A stretch of DNA of 64,000 nt from Podarcis gaigeae (taxonomy: Eukaryota), in assembly GCA_964106915.2 (NCBI GenBank), contig OZ066925.1; one strand, given 5' to 3'. The first letter of the stretch is position 1, and each line of letters opens with the position of its first letter. The position numbers were made by a program, and so were the translations under genes. Below the pieces are notes generated by a model. It made no database searches. It was given only the letters and a program-made list of their open reading frames with translations, and was not told where the DNA came from. Shown here piece by piece: positions 37,828 through 50,622 of this stretch.

Positions 37828-38469
37828 TAGGGTTACTAGATGTCCCCGGTTCCCAGGGATAGCCCCCGGATTTGCAAATCTGTCACCAGACAAATTCTGT
37901 CCCCGGAATGTCCCCAGATTTGCAAATCTGTCCCCAGGAAATGTGGCAGTGGTAGCCTCAGTGGCCCGGAGCCAGCCTGGTAGCGCAGTTGGCTCTGGCT
38001 GATTTCAGGAGCTGCTCGCTGCCATGGCGCCCGCCATTTTTCCTCACCGGAAGTCCCCATATGATGTTCCGGTGAGGAAAAATGGCGGGCGCCATGGCAG
38101 CGAGCAGCTTCTGAAGCCAGCCAGAGCCAACTGCGCTACCAGGCTGGCTCCAAGCTGCTGAGACCACCACTGCCAAAGGGGAACCGGGGATGTCCGGCGG
38201 TACAGATCTCCTGCCACCTTCCCCCTTTGTTTTGACTGATTGGGGGAGGCTCGGAAGTTGTGGGTGGGCAGCCGTTGCCCAGGTTTTTAAAAACTCTGCG
38301 CATTTATGTTTCACAGGTGTGAAAGAAGGGCTTTGCACCTTTATACAATATGCATGTGAGCTTGGGCCCAGGGTCTTTTGCCTCACCATCCCCACTACTG
38401 ACTCCGTTGCTACTCAGCTTTAAAAAAAAATGGGTCACCAGATTCATTGAAAAAAATCTGGTAACCATA
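37828..38469. mobile_element. Non-autonomous hAT (Tip100-like) element with an internal palindrome
   Basis: TAGGGTTACTAGA...TCTGGTAACCATA termini; flanks aagtaaca / ttataaca; subterminal repeats gatttgcaaatctgtc. Confidence 0.78.
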
Positions 38470-39136
38470 TTATAACACAATATTGAAAACAGTTTTCAAA
38501 CAACTTAAAATTTCATTTGTCTAATCTACTTGATGTGATAATCCGGACGAGAAGCAGAAGACCATTTATCCGATCATTTCCCTGGACCCAGACCTATCTC
38601 CCATGAAAACAAAATCTCGAAAGCAGTTTACAACAGCAAAACGTGTAGTCAGAACAATTTAAAAACTGGGAGAACCCACCAACGAACACCGGTTTTCCAT
38701 TGCTCTTCATGTGGGACTTTAATCAGTTACTGTCCCCCCACCTACAATCGAACCAACTTGTCTCAAGTTAGCAGAAGAAAGCTCGGAACGAGGCGTCGGG
38801 CAAAAGGGGGAAAAGGAGTTGGTGAAAAAGGGGGAAAGGCGGCTTCACTTTCGGCCGCCGCGCATGCCCAGAAGTGCCGCGCATGCTCCTTAGTAGGCAA
38901 GAAGCCTTGGCTCGGCCGCAACCTCGCCTCACAGCTCCGCCGCTGGGAATGCGATGCCTCTGTGGGCGGGGCCAAAGGAGTGGGCTGGAGGCAGTGGCGG
39001 CGGTGGCTGCCTCCCCCCCGTAGGAGGGTAGAGGGCGTGGCCTGAGGAGGCGGAGGCGGCGCGCGGGGCCATTTCAGCGAGCGGCGGCGGCGCAGGCGGC
39101 CCGGCCAGGATGCGCTTGGCAGCGTCTCGCGGCGGT

Positions 39137-39181
39137 AGCAGCAGCAGCAGCAGCAGCTGCGGCACCAGCAGCAGCAGCAGC
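39137..39181 (+). repeat. Interrupted (AGC)7-N9-(AGC)5 repeat in the PIP4K2A 5' region
   Basis: Direct observation. Confidence 0.9.
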
Positions 39182-39373
39182 GCCAGGGACGAGCCCGCCG
39201 CTTCCCTCCTGCCGCAACCGCGCTAGCGCCCGCCGCGCAGCCCCAGCCGCGCTCCGTCTCTCCTCCCGGCCCTGCCGGTCCCTGCTCCACCTCCTCCTGT
39301 GTCGGCGGCGGGAGCATCGCCGTCCCTCCTTCTCTGCCCTGCTCCTCTCGCGTCTGCTTCCTCGGCGTCTCCC

Positions 39374-39514
39374 ATGGCGGCCCCGGGCAACATCGTGTCC
39401 GTTATGGCCAGCAAGACCAAGACCAAGAAGAAGCATTTCGTGGCCCAGAAAGTCAAGCTCTTCCGGGCCAGCGACCCGCTGCTCAGCGTCCTCATGTGGG
39501 GGGTGAACCACTCG
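39374..39514 (+). CDS. PIP4K2A: Phosphatidylinositol 5-phosphate 4-kinase type-2 alpha, coding exon 1
   Basis: ATG at 39374 (cccATGG) gives [47 protein letters not shown], the PIP4K2A N-terminus; phase-0 donor TCG|GTAAGA; lies in a CpG island. Confidence 0.97.
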
Positions 39515-40819
39515 GTAAGAGCCGGCGCTTCCTGGGGCGGCGGGTGGTTGCTTTGCTGGCCCGGCGGAGGCCCCTTCGTCTCCGCCGCAACCTCCGCCTC
39601 CTCCCTCCACCCCTCTCCTCCTCCTCCTGTCAATGCGGGGCCTCTCTCTGTGCCCCCTCGCTTCCCATACTCCGGATCAGTACCTTCCCCATAGCTCTAT
39701 CTCCCTCCCCCTTCAGCAGTTCTGAAAGGGAGTACGTACTTGCAACCCCCCCCCCCCCAATATATGCACACTTTCTCTTTTTAATCCACCCATCTCTCCC
39801 ACCGCCTTTCTCTGTTTTATAGGGGATTCCTGCCAGTAGTTCCTAGTGAGGAAGGGGACTGGCTAGTGTAATTAGAAAGGGGAAAGATGAAATGTCTTCA
39901 CCTGTGGGGTAGGCGATGTGCTTCTCTGCCTGTGGGGTAGGAATGTGCCCTTGGGCACTTGAGTTCAGAGGCGTCCTGCCCTTGGGGTGGCAAAAGCCAT
40001 GGTACACCCTGTATATACGGTACACCCTGCCGTATATTCTTTTCTCTTTGGGCACCTTTCGCTGTTGCATGCACACACAACCTTGTGTATAGGGCTATGG
40101 GCATCCCAGTACTTGGTAGCTGCTATCGCTATTTGCTGTGGCGACTAAATGGACCTCAAAGCAATACCGCTCTTATATTCACTGTGCTAGCTGATTGTAC
40201 TTCTTCCCCTGAAATGGGCTTCGGGGTGGGAATCTGCTAAACAAACGCTACTCTTATTTAAGTGCATCTTGGGGATGGTTGACAGTTGGGCAGCGTTAGA
40301 TTAATGGTCGGAGCTGTGTGTGTTTTGCCACTGGGCTAATGGCTTTGCTGCTGTCCAGGTTGGATGCATTTTGCTGAGTAGTGGTAAAAAAATATGTCAG
40401 GCTGCAGAAGTGCTGGGATCTGTTATACATGCACAGCAAACCATCTCCCCCCCCAACCCCCCCCAGACATAATCAGTATTGTGTAGCTGGGAGGCAGGAC
40501 GATTAATGATGTCTGAGATAAAACACTGCTACAGTTAGGAAGCTAGAGGCATGCTGCTGCCTTGGAGTACTGCAGTGTTCTGCTTCTCTGCTGGTAGCGG
40601 TGCTTCTACCTGTGCGGTGTTGATCTGATCAGATCAAGGAGAACAGAAATGTGAGACTTGGCTACTGGCTTTTGGCAGAGTTGTAGCATATCAGCTTGAA
40701 TATTGGCAATGATAGGACCTTGTGACTTCAACCAAATATTATCCATGAGCAAGCTTTGAAAATAAGTAGTTCTGATGGATATGCATGTCTAGTTTCAATG
40801 TTGGCTGTTCTAGGGTGTA

Positions 40820-41308
40820 CCGTATTTTTCGCCCTATAAGACACACTTTTTCCCCTCCAAAAATGAAGGGGAAATGTGTGTGCGTCCTATGGGCCGAATG
40901 CAGGCTTTCCCTGAAGCCTGGAGAGCGAGGGGGGTCGGTGCGCACCGACCGCTCTCGCTCTCCAGGCTTCAGGAAGCTATCCACTAGCCGTGGGAGACCC
41001 AGCTCTCCCAAGGCTAGCGGAGACCTTGCCGGCACCCAGAAGCTTTGGGCGCGCTGAGCTCCGCTCGCCCCAAGCTTCGGGATTAGCACAGCGCTCTGCT
41101 AGCCGTGGGAGAGCCGCGCGGCTCTTCCACAGCTAGCGGAGACCTTGCCGGCACCCAGAAGCTTGGGGCGCGCTGAGCTCAGCGCGCCCTAAGCTTCGGG
41201 CTTAGCGCAGGGCACCTGGGGGGGGAATAATTTTTTTTCCTTTATTTCCCTCCCAAAAAACTAGGTGCGTCCTATGGGCCGGTGCGTCCTATGGGGCGAA
41301 AAATACGG
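40820..41308. mobile_element. Tc1/mariner MITE, family B, with an internal ~118-bp tandem duplication
   Basis: TA|CCGTATTTTTCGCCC...GGGCGAAAAATACGG|TA; ctagcggagaccttgccggcacccagaagct occurs twice (~41014, ~41133). Confidence 0.92.
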
Positions 41309-44300
41309 TACTTTGTAGTAGGACTTAAGATGCTTGAAGCTTGGATTGCACTATGTATAAAAGGCTTTAAACAGGAAAAGGAGTGTTGACTTGTCAAGTA
41401 AAAACATGTGTAATGTCTTACCCTGTTAGGGTTGTGTTCACCTGGTTAAAGAAGTGATACTTCAGTTATGCAAGTGTGTTCAGACGAGACCTGCAAGGTT
41501 TTCTGTTCAAGGTGCTGCTGCAAACTGCCCTTGAGCTTGGGGAAGGGGGGGGGGGAGAGCACAATCTGCACTACATTCTGTGAACTTCTGATATCTGCAC
41601 TTTGCTGACTGTCCCTACTTTGCTGGGGCAGAAACCTTTGCTGTCTTGTTACTTTCAGTTACTGCAGTTATTTAAAACAAACTGACTGTGAATTTCTCCC
41701 ACTGAACTTGTGTGCCTATATTGGCAGCTTTTACCAGAAGCTAAATCAGGCTGCCTTTTGATCTTCAAACCTAGCTACTTCCAAATCCTCTCTGCTGCCT
41801 ACACACTTCCCCTCTCTTTCTTGAAAAGTGCTTTGTTTTGCAAATTCATTTGTCTTGTTGAGAATTGTTTTGCAAATGCATTGTTGTACATATATGGGAA
41901 ATATCCACCACTGCACAGGCATCGCCCTTTGCACAAGTTCAGGTTTGTATGCAACTTTAAGATGTTAATGATAACTTGCATAGCTATTCACTCTGTTCTA
42001 TTGCAGTGGTGCTATGCTGCATCTTGAGGTTAGGTTTGTGGTTTGGTGACTAATCATCCTCTTTATCCAGAAACAGCATAATACTATCTTTCTTGGGAAA
42101 CGTATCTGTGTTAGGGGGAAGTTGGCTAACAAGTCTCCTGAAGCAGTGTTACTAGACTTCTCATTTCTTAGACTTATTCTTGGCATCCAGATATATTGGA
42201 AGTTGTGCTAAACTGTGTAATGGCTCTCCGTCTTCATATTTCCCCAAACAGCAAGTGAAGATCATTTTAACTAGAGCTTTTCATCCAAGGAAGAGTGATT
42301 CTATGTGAAAACCCTAACCAAGCACAGCATCTGAGCATTGCATGTGGGTATATTTACACAAATGTGTCCAACTTCGGTCACTGTCCTAGGTCTCATCACC
42401 CAAGAACCTCATTTGTGTACAAGAAATAATTTCACACTTCTGAGCCACAGACCCTTGGTAGCAATCTAGGCTTGGGCTTGTGGAACTGTGAAAGTCATGC
42501 ATCACCTGTGGCGTCCGCCTTATGATAAATGAGAGAGATGGGTTGTTGACTCTTCAATTCTCTTTTAACCTCTGATTTGTTTACATCTTCAAGAGATAAA
42601 GGCAAGTTCAGGGGTTATCTCAGAATAATTGATAATGTAATCAGACTTGTTTTCTATTGATTGAGGTAGTAAATGCCATGGGTTGATGACTTTGACATTA
42701 AAATAATTGTAACAGATTTGTCTTGTAGGATGAGAAGCTGCAGGAGATGTTGAACTGTAAGTTTTAGTGCAGAGTTTTCACCATGTTTTTTAACTTCAAG
42801 TCTTACAGTGGCAAAATAATTTTTATAGATGCAGTACTTCTAAATACATAACTTAATAGACTACTTGGAACATGTGTTAACTTAGAAGCAGCCTGATCTG
42901 CTAAGAATGGGGCCATAGGGCTAGACCTGTAAAAGATAAGGTAAGTTAATTTGAAAAAGGAATTTAAAAGTCATTAATAAAGATTAGCAATCATTTGGTT
43001 GTCTCCCTCATAGCTTTAACTTCTTTTTAAACTCTACCAGACTGAGCAGCTTTTGTAAGATACTAATGTTGAAGTCATACTGAATACATTGAAACCACAA
43101 GTGTAGAATTAAATTGTGAAAAGTGTAAAATCTGAAGAAAAACCAGAGTATGTGTAGAATTAAAGAAATTGCAGAAACATGCTCTTAACTAAACTTGTAG
43201 AAGAAAAGAAAATACGGTTTTAAGTACTCTTATTTTGTAAGTGCATGTGTTGGAATGGCCGTTCTTTTAAATGACCAAAGCGTTATAGGCAATGCTGGAA
43301 AAATATATTTCAAATTCCTAAGCCAGTTTGAGCTTTATATATTTTTAGATGACATCCTTGGGCAAATATGTTATGGCTCATCTCCCCACCCCTACAGATT
43401 CTATACCTTTTGTAGGCATTGTTAGATTCCTGCATCTTTGTCTAGTCCTGGGCATAAGGGAAAGTACCGTAAATGCTAGGAGTGGTAGGAATGCATTCGC
43501 CATTTGTGTGTGTGGGCTTTGAATAGTACATAACTGTGTTCTGTGTTTGTCTACAGCTTCCTTGGAACCTGTGCAGAGTATCTTGGGTGGAGAGGAGTCC
43601 TCTCACTCATCCCATTTGGCACAGAATATAGCTACTTGGAAAGTGGGTAGAGTAGAGTCTCTTCTGCCCTTGCTAAGAACTGATTGCAACATTTTTATAA
43701 TCCCCACGATCCTGTTTCATATCACAGTGAACATCTGTGGAATTTCTTGTCTGGGAATGAAAAAGCTTTCTGTGAACAGTGTTTCAAACAAGCAGCTTTC
43801 CCCATGAGTAAGGACCATATAATAGAAAACTCTTCTTTGCCTTCATTTTCAAAAACAAAAAACAGCAACTTCTTAAAAATATAGTAATATTGTTGCTAGT
43901 CAATTAGTTTTTGCCTTTTTAAATATATATATATTTACTAGCACTGGTATGATCACATTTTCATGATATAATCTCTTGGGAGTAGAGCTAACTTTTCTGC
44001 TTAGAAATGCTTGACCAAATGGCTCGGAGCAAAAGTAATTTGTAATTTACCCACACACACTCCCAACACTTGAGCAGTGAGTGCTTAAAATAAGCTTCTG
44101 AGCTTTCACCAGCAGCTACTACTAGCTCTTGGAGCACCTAGCCTGATAGATATGCAGATCATGCAAGTGCAGATTGGCACAAGGCCAAAACAATATTGAC
44201 TTTCCATTTTGAGCAAGAAGAAGAATTTCAGGGTAAGGATGCTTTCCTCAGAATACAGCTGGGCATTACAAGATAGATAATCTTTTGTTCCAAGCCCATT

Positions 44301-44631
44301 AATTTCAGATGCTGACAGCATCACTAATAGACTTTTATTTTTAGGAGACTATGAAAACAGCCTTGGCTTCAAACTTGAATATAAGAATGAAAAAAGTTAG
44401 AATTCATTTGTAACATAGTGTAGGTAGACCTAACTTTTAGGTTGGCTCTTTGCTTTGTTTTGAGGGTTTTATGTGGCCCCAGGTTTGTAATGCTGGAGAA
44501 TGGGGTGGACCAAATTCCTGTTCTACCTCTCCCAGTAATGCTATGTCTTAAGCCCTTTTTAGGCCTCACTCTTGCCAGCCCCACCTGGGGGTGGGATGAA
44601 GAATGGAGCCATCTGTAAAGTGAAATGTTAT

Positions 44632-45445
44632 GTATAATAATTTATTATTTATATCCCGCCCATCTGGCTGAGTTTCCGTAACCACTCTGGGCGGCTTCCA
44701 ACTGAATATTAAAAACAATACAGCATCACACATTAAAACACAGGGCCGCCTTCAGTTGTTCTTTAAAAGTAAAATAGTTGTTTTTCTCTTTGACATCTGC
44801 TGGGAGGCCGTTCCACAGGGCGGGCGCCACTACCGAGAAGGCCCTCTGCCTGGTTCCCTGTAACCTCACTTCTCGCACTGAGGGAACTGCCAGAAGGCCC
44901 TCGGCGCTGGACCTCAGTGTCCGGGCTGGATGATGGGGGTGGAGATGCTGCTTCAAGTATACAGGACCGAGGCCATTTAGGGCTTTAGAGCAGTGTTTCC
45001 CAACCTTGTGCCTCCAGATGTTTTTGGCCTACAACTCCCATCATCCCTGACCACTGGTCTTGCTAGCTAGGGATGATGGGAGTTGTAGGCCAAAAACATC
45101 TGGAGGCACAAGGTTGGGAAACACTGCTTTAGAGGTCAGCACCAACACTTTGAATTGTGCTTGGAAGCCACTCCCAGTCACCAGTCTAGCTGCCGCATTC
45201 TGGATTAATTGCAGTTTCTGAGTCACCTAAGTTAGCCCCACGTAGAGCGCATTGCAGTAGTCCAAGCAGGAGATAACTAGAGCATGCACCACTCTGGCAA
45301 GACAGTCCGCGGGCAGGTAGGTCTCAGCCTGCGTACCAGATGGAGCTGGTAAACAGCTGCCCTGGACACAGAATTAACCTGCGCCTCCATGGACATATGC
45401 TCCTTCAGGGGCAGTTACCCCATTCAGGATCAGGAAGTCCTCCAT
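44632..45445 (-). mobile_element. L2-clade LINE fragment (3' part of ORF2)
   Basis: Encodes QKLQLIQNAAARLVTG and RTLRSSAEGLLAVP...RAFSVVAPALWNGLP, typical of L2 ORF2 C-termini; interrupted by a MITE. Confidence 0.88.
44991..45126. mobile_element. Family C hAT MITE, young, inserted in L2
   Basis: CAGTGTTTCCCAACCTTG...CAAGGTTGGGAAACACTG; perfect 8-bp duplication CTTTAGAG. Confidence 0.95.
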
Positions 45446-45639
45446 GTAATGCATAGACTGTCCCTGCTATTTGAGACCAAGGCTTTGGAGTACTTAGTGC
45501 AACTCTGGCACAATGTGACTTACCTGCTGCTTTCCCATAAAACCCCAGTCAGCCTACCTGTTGACTAACTTTGGGTTTAGCCCTGAAAATGTGAGGAAAT
45601 GCAAGCATCCTACAATCTTCAAAGTGCTCTGACTTAACT

Positions 45640-46190
45640 GAGTGAGAAAACTGATCAAGGGGGTGGAACAGCTCGCCTGTGAGGAGAGGTGGCAGCATTT
45701 GGGCATTTTAGTTTGGAGGAAAGGCAATTAAGAAGTAGAGGTATATAAAATTATGCCTGGTGTGGAGAAAGTAGATAGGGGAAAGTTTTACTCTCTCTCA
45801 TAACATTAGAATTCATGGACATCCAATGAAGCTGGACATTGGAGGATGCAGAAGAGACAAAAAAAAAAAATGCAGCACATAGTTAAACTTTGGAATTTGC
45901 TCCCACAGGAGGCAGTGATGGCCACCAACTTGGATGGCTTTACAAGAGGATTAGACAAATCCATGAAGGATTAGGCTATTGTTGGCTATTACCTACCCAT
46001 AATGGCTATGCTCTGCCTCCATGGTTGAAAGTTATAAGCAAATTGCAGGAAACCACAGGAAGGGAGAAGGCTCTTGCACTCGGATCCTGCTTCCCAGCTT
46101 CCCACAGGCATCTGGTTGGCCACTGTGACAACATGATGCAGCTGGGTGAGAAGAGCCACTGGCCTGATCCAGAAGGCTCTTTTTGCATTC
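45640..46190 (+). mobile_element. CR1 LINE 3' fragment
   Basis: Degenerate CR1 ORF2 C-terminal sequence (gaggagagg...tttagtttggagg...gaggtatataaaattatg...ttagacaaat) plus 3'UTR. Confidence 0.7.
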
Positions 46191-47891
46191 TTAATGGGGG
46201 AAAATACGTCTTTCAGGCCAAACTGTAGGAAGATCTTCTCTCATGCTGTGCCATGTTGGCTAGATTACGGGGCTATAGATCTGATTTGCATTCTTCTCAA
46301 TGGAAATCCGATGTGTAGAACTCTAGGACTGGCTTGTTCTGAATTTCTAAAAGCTATTGCAGTGACTGCCAATATCATAAAAGCTGGGCCATCCAAAACA
46401 GGATTGAAATCATTCGATGCATTATGTGGATACATTTAGTAATGCTAACTGTCAGTCATAATAGAACATTGAAGACACAGTTAAGATGTCAGGTAAGATA
46501 TAATAAGTCAGTGCATTCTACAATACCTGCCAATTTATTGCCCAATTCACTCAGTTTGCTGAGAGCTCCGAAAGGGAGCCCTTGAATTCCTTTTTGCTGC
46601 CACTCTGAATAATTTGGTGTTTGCAAACTTGGGTCACTTTGCTGCTCACCCTAACTTGAGATACGAGTTAGCATTCATAGGATAAGAGAACAAGTCCTCC
46701 TATGGATTGATAAGTTTTTTTCTGGAGCCTTTGAGAGCTTCTCTCAGAAGCTATTTGAACATTTAAGTATACGATGTCCACTGGCTCACACCTGTCCATA
46801 TGCCTGACACACTCCCCACAAATGCTAAAATGTTCGTAAGAGAGGACTTGCCTTTGCAGAAGCCATGTTTATTCTTTTTCGTTAAGACTAATTCTTGTGT
46901 TGTCTTGGCTATATCACAATTCATGTTATCTTTAACATAGTCCCCAATCTACCCAAAACAGATATTAAGCAAATTGACCTGCACCTTCCTGGATTCTGGT
47001 CCCCTAATCTTTAAAAACTAGTGTCACATTTGCTGTTTTCCAGCCCTCTGGTACAAAGGCCAATATTTGTTGAGTGGTAACCACCTGCTTGATTAAGATG
47101 GCTTGGCATTACATAAATGGGCTTCATGTTTGAGGGAAAGCTACAGCACTAAAGTTTACGCATTTTATACTTAGAGCAGATAACATGATGGAAAAAGTTG
47201 AAAGATTGCACTTTAAAGATTTAACACAAACTATTCAAACCAGCAGTTGCTATAGTTACTGTGGTAGCATCTGCAAACCCATAGGACATCTTAAGTAGGC
47301 AGATCAGACTATCTCTCTCTTTCTAAAATGTGACTCATTTACAAGAACCAGATCCACTCTTCTTACTAAGTAAAGGAACTTGCAAGATGTTTGACCTTAT
47401 AGGAGAATAACACAAATTCTTAAAATATTTGTGCATGGCAGTGATTCTTTAAATATAGAATGAGTCCAAATGGATACAGGGCATCTTGGAGGGATGGTAG
47501 TGCAAAGATAAGATCATGAGCCGTGTGGTGCCTGCCTTCCTACGTTGTCCAACTCCCTAAAAGATAAGAGAGGGTTGTCTATATTGTTTGTTCTCTTCTA
47601 ATGATGCTGCTCTGTATGGCTTTAGATCGTCTGGTGCCTTGCTCTTCTTTTAGCGCAGGTGATAATGCCTCATGCCATATATGCTTGGCAGCTTTAGCTT
47701 GCACCACTCTATTCAAGGTGTTCTGAACTTTCACCTGCAGAGCCGATGGTTAACTTGGCCCCGCTTCTGTGTGAATCTTTACTTTTTGCCCTCCCCAACC
47801 CAGTATTAGCAGACTTTGAAAAAACACTGAGCTGATGTCTAGTAACCCTGTTACTGTCAGAGGATGTTTTGTGAGGATTTTTCTTTGAATA

Positions 47892-48454
47892 CCATGTTTT
47901 TCCATGTACAGTGGTATCTCGGGTTACATATGCTTCAGGTTACAGACTCCGCTAACCCAGAAATAGTGCTTCAGGATGAGAACAGAAATCCTGCCTCGGC
48001 GGCACGGCAGCAGCAGGAGTCCCCATTAGCTAAAGGGGTGCTTCAGGTTAAGAACAGTTTCAGGTTAAGAACGGACCTCCGGAACGAATTAAGTACTTAA
48101 CCCGAGGTACCACTGTATAAGACACCCCCTTGTATAAGACAACCCCCCTTTTTTAACCCAAAATTAAGAAATTAAGTTGTTTAGCTTTTTGGGGTGGGGT
48201 GGGGAGGTCACTTCCGCCAATCGCTCACCCACCTGCCCACCACTGCTGATTGCACACCTCGTCGCACCCAATTGTCTGCCAGTTTGCCGCCACCAGCAGC
48301 CCACCCGTCCACTTGCCACAGTCACCAATCGCCAGCAGGCCATTAATCGCACGTTCCCCCTCTGCATTCACTATCCGTGTATAAGACGACACCCAATTTT
48401 TGCCTTTTTTTTTTTTTTAGCAAAAAGCATAATCTTATACACATAAAAATACGG
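47892..48454. mobile_element. Tc1/mariner MITE related to family B, host of a family A copy
   Basis: TA|CCATGTTTTTCCATGTA...TACACATAAAAATACGG|TA termini; gtataagac repeats. Confidence 0.8.
47909..48115. mobile_element. Tigger-like MITE, family A copy 5
   Basis: CAGTGGTATCTCGGGTT...AACCCGAGGTACCACTG with TA flanks. Confidence 0.9.
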
Positions 48455-50242
48455 TACTTCTCTTGGGGAAGCCAGTGTGAGGAAATGAAACACTGTATTA
48501 ATTACACCAAAGCAGGCAGAGTTACTTAAGTTGCAAAACCCCAGCTGGGCATAGGGTTAAATCCTCAGATAGTTGAAGGCATTGGCAAAAGGGAAGAAGA
48601 ATCTTGCCGAAGGCTTTTAGTTTGTAAAACTCTGAAATACTGGAAACCTACTATATAATTTCAACTTCATTGTTCAAACTGTGAGTTCTAGTGCTCATGC
48701 AGCCAAAGTGGCGCTACCCAAGCAACAAGAGGGAGGTATTAGCAGTCTCGAGAACTTCAACGTTTTCAGAAGTGCATCTTTAGAAAAGCCCTAAGGAGAA
48801 TGTCCAGAATAGCCCAGTGCAGACTGAGCATGCTCAGTGAGCATAGAATGTTGACAAACTCCAGTGGGGGGGGGGGAGGATGGAATGCAGTGGTTGGAAT
48901 TCTGAATGCCAGTGATGGACTGTGCAGAATTTGGTTGCAGATCTCACTTGTATCTGCTGAAATCCCATGGTCTAGAGATTGAATTCATGTATGTAAACCT
49001 TATTTTCTATTAAGGTTAGAATAGAATAGTTTGCACAACTGGAATTAAAATCAATGGGCATATAAGTGTGTGCTAGTTCCTGTAACTTCAGTTGTAAATA
49101 GAACCTGTTCAGGGTTTTGTGGTGTTTTCTGGAACTGTAAGTACAACCATCTCAGAGGCGGAGTCTGTATAATTAGCCTCAGGCTGGCTTGATCTGAGCA
49201 TTCTCTTGGTGGCACTCTTGATACTGTGTGGATACTCCTAAAATATGTTGATTACAAGTAAGACTTGACACTTGACTTATATCGAAACATAAGCTATAGG
49301 TTTGCCAATATAACCATGTAATGCACCTTGTGATGGCCAAAGAAAATCCAAAGACCATCCCGTCACTGTCAGCGACAGTGGCACCATTGACTCACCACAG
49401 TAAACCTTTTGTTAGCTGTTTACTATGTATGTGTCTAAAGGGGCTCTTTTGCTCCTCCCCACTCACATTGGGAAGGAAACAAAGCGTGATCCCTGGCTTA
49501 GCATTTCCACCCGAAATGAGGATTGGGCTTTGTTTTGTACCCAACAAACCATGAACTCTAGCCAATGTTTGCTCTTGGCTTACTGATCAGGGTTTGTTGG
49601 GTGCAAAACAATCCACTATCTCTGTTTTGGGTGTAAATGCTAAGTCCACGGATCATGTTTTCTTTCCTCCCAGCATATGCTGAGAGGGGCAAAGATTTTG
49701 CCCATGCATTGTAAGACATTGGTTTTCGAGGTACCGTGAAGTGTATATGCAGCCATTAATTTGTGCATTTGTTATTGTTTAAGCTGAGCTGCAAGTTGTG
49801 TTTCTATGCTGATTTTATTATTGTAAATCTTGTATCACCATTGGTGAGTGGTGATGTTGGAACTGGTGCCAAAGCACATATAAAAAGGTTGTCTTTGTGT
49901 TGCCATAGAGCACATCACTCTGGAGTAAGTTAGCTTGGTATTAAAGCATATGGCAAGCCCCCCCCCCCCTTAATTCATTTCTTTACAGTTAATACTTTTT
50001 TCACTTTATGATTTTCTTTCTGGTTAGAGGTATGCAGTCTTCCATTGCCCCCCACCCCTATTCTATCACTGAATCATCTGCTTTTTCTTGGCAAACTTTC
50101 TCAAGACTGTTTATGGTAGCATCAGCAGCATAATTATTAGGGCTGATGGGCTTGCTAGATAATATGCAGTCACTTCCCCAAAAGGCTTTTCCGTTGAGCA
50201 GATTGAATGCAGGCAAGATGAAAGTACTCAGTATGCCTGAGT

Positions 50243-50622
50243 CTATAGGATGCACCGGACCATAGGACGCACCTTGTTTTAGAGGGGGAGAACAAGCAAA
50301 AAAAAATTCTCCCCCTCTCTGCTCAGCGCCCCTTCAGCGAAGCGGCAGGAGAAACGGAGCCCCTTCCATTTCTCCTCCCACTTTGCTGAAGGGGCGCTGC
50401 GCAGCTCTCCCTCTCTGCTGAAGCCGGGAGAGTCTTGCTCTCCCAGCTTCAGCGAAAGGAACCCGAAGACTTTGGAGCGCAGCGCGAGGTCCCACTGTGC
50501 TCCAAATGCTTCAGGGATAGCCACCTGGCTCCCTCAGCCTGAAAAGAAAGATGAGCACCGCACCCCATAGTTGCCTTTGGCTGGACTTAACTGTCCAGGA
50601 GTCCTTACCTTTTACCTTTACC
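50243..50622 (+). mobile_element. Family B MITE fragment fused to a Sauria SINE 3' end
   Basis: ctataggatgcaccggaccataggacgcacc start; from ~50526 ggctccctc...gatgagcaccgcacccc...ttacctttt acctttacc-type Sauria tail. Confidence 0.7.

Larger units (their letters stand above)
38770..39700 (+). promoter_or_regulatory. CpG-island promoter / 5'UTR of PIP4K2A
   Basis: Very GC/CpG-rich stretch around exon 1; two NRF1-like GCGCATGC motifs (~38860, ~38879), GC box GGGCGGGG (~38964), YY1-like GCCATTT (~39068). Confidence 0.9.

Noticed and set aside
38758-39822. Several long overlapping ORFs (up to 184 aa) on both strands
   Set aside because: By-product of the stop-poor CpG island and AGC repeat; only 39374-39514 matches a known protein.
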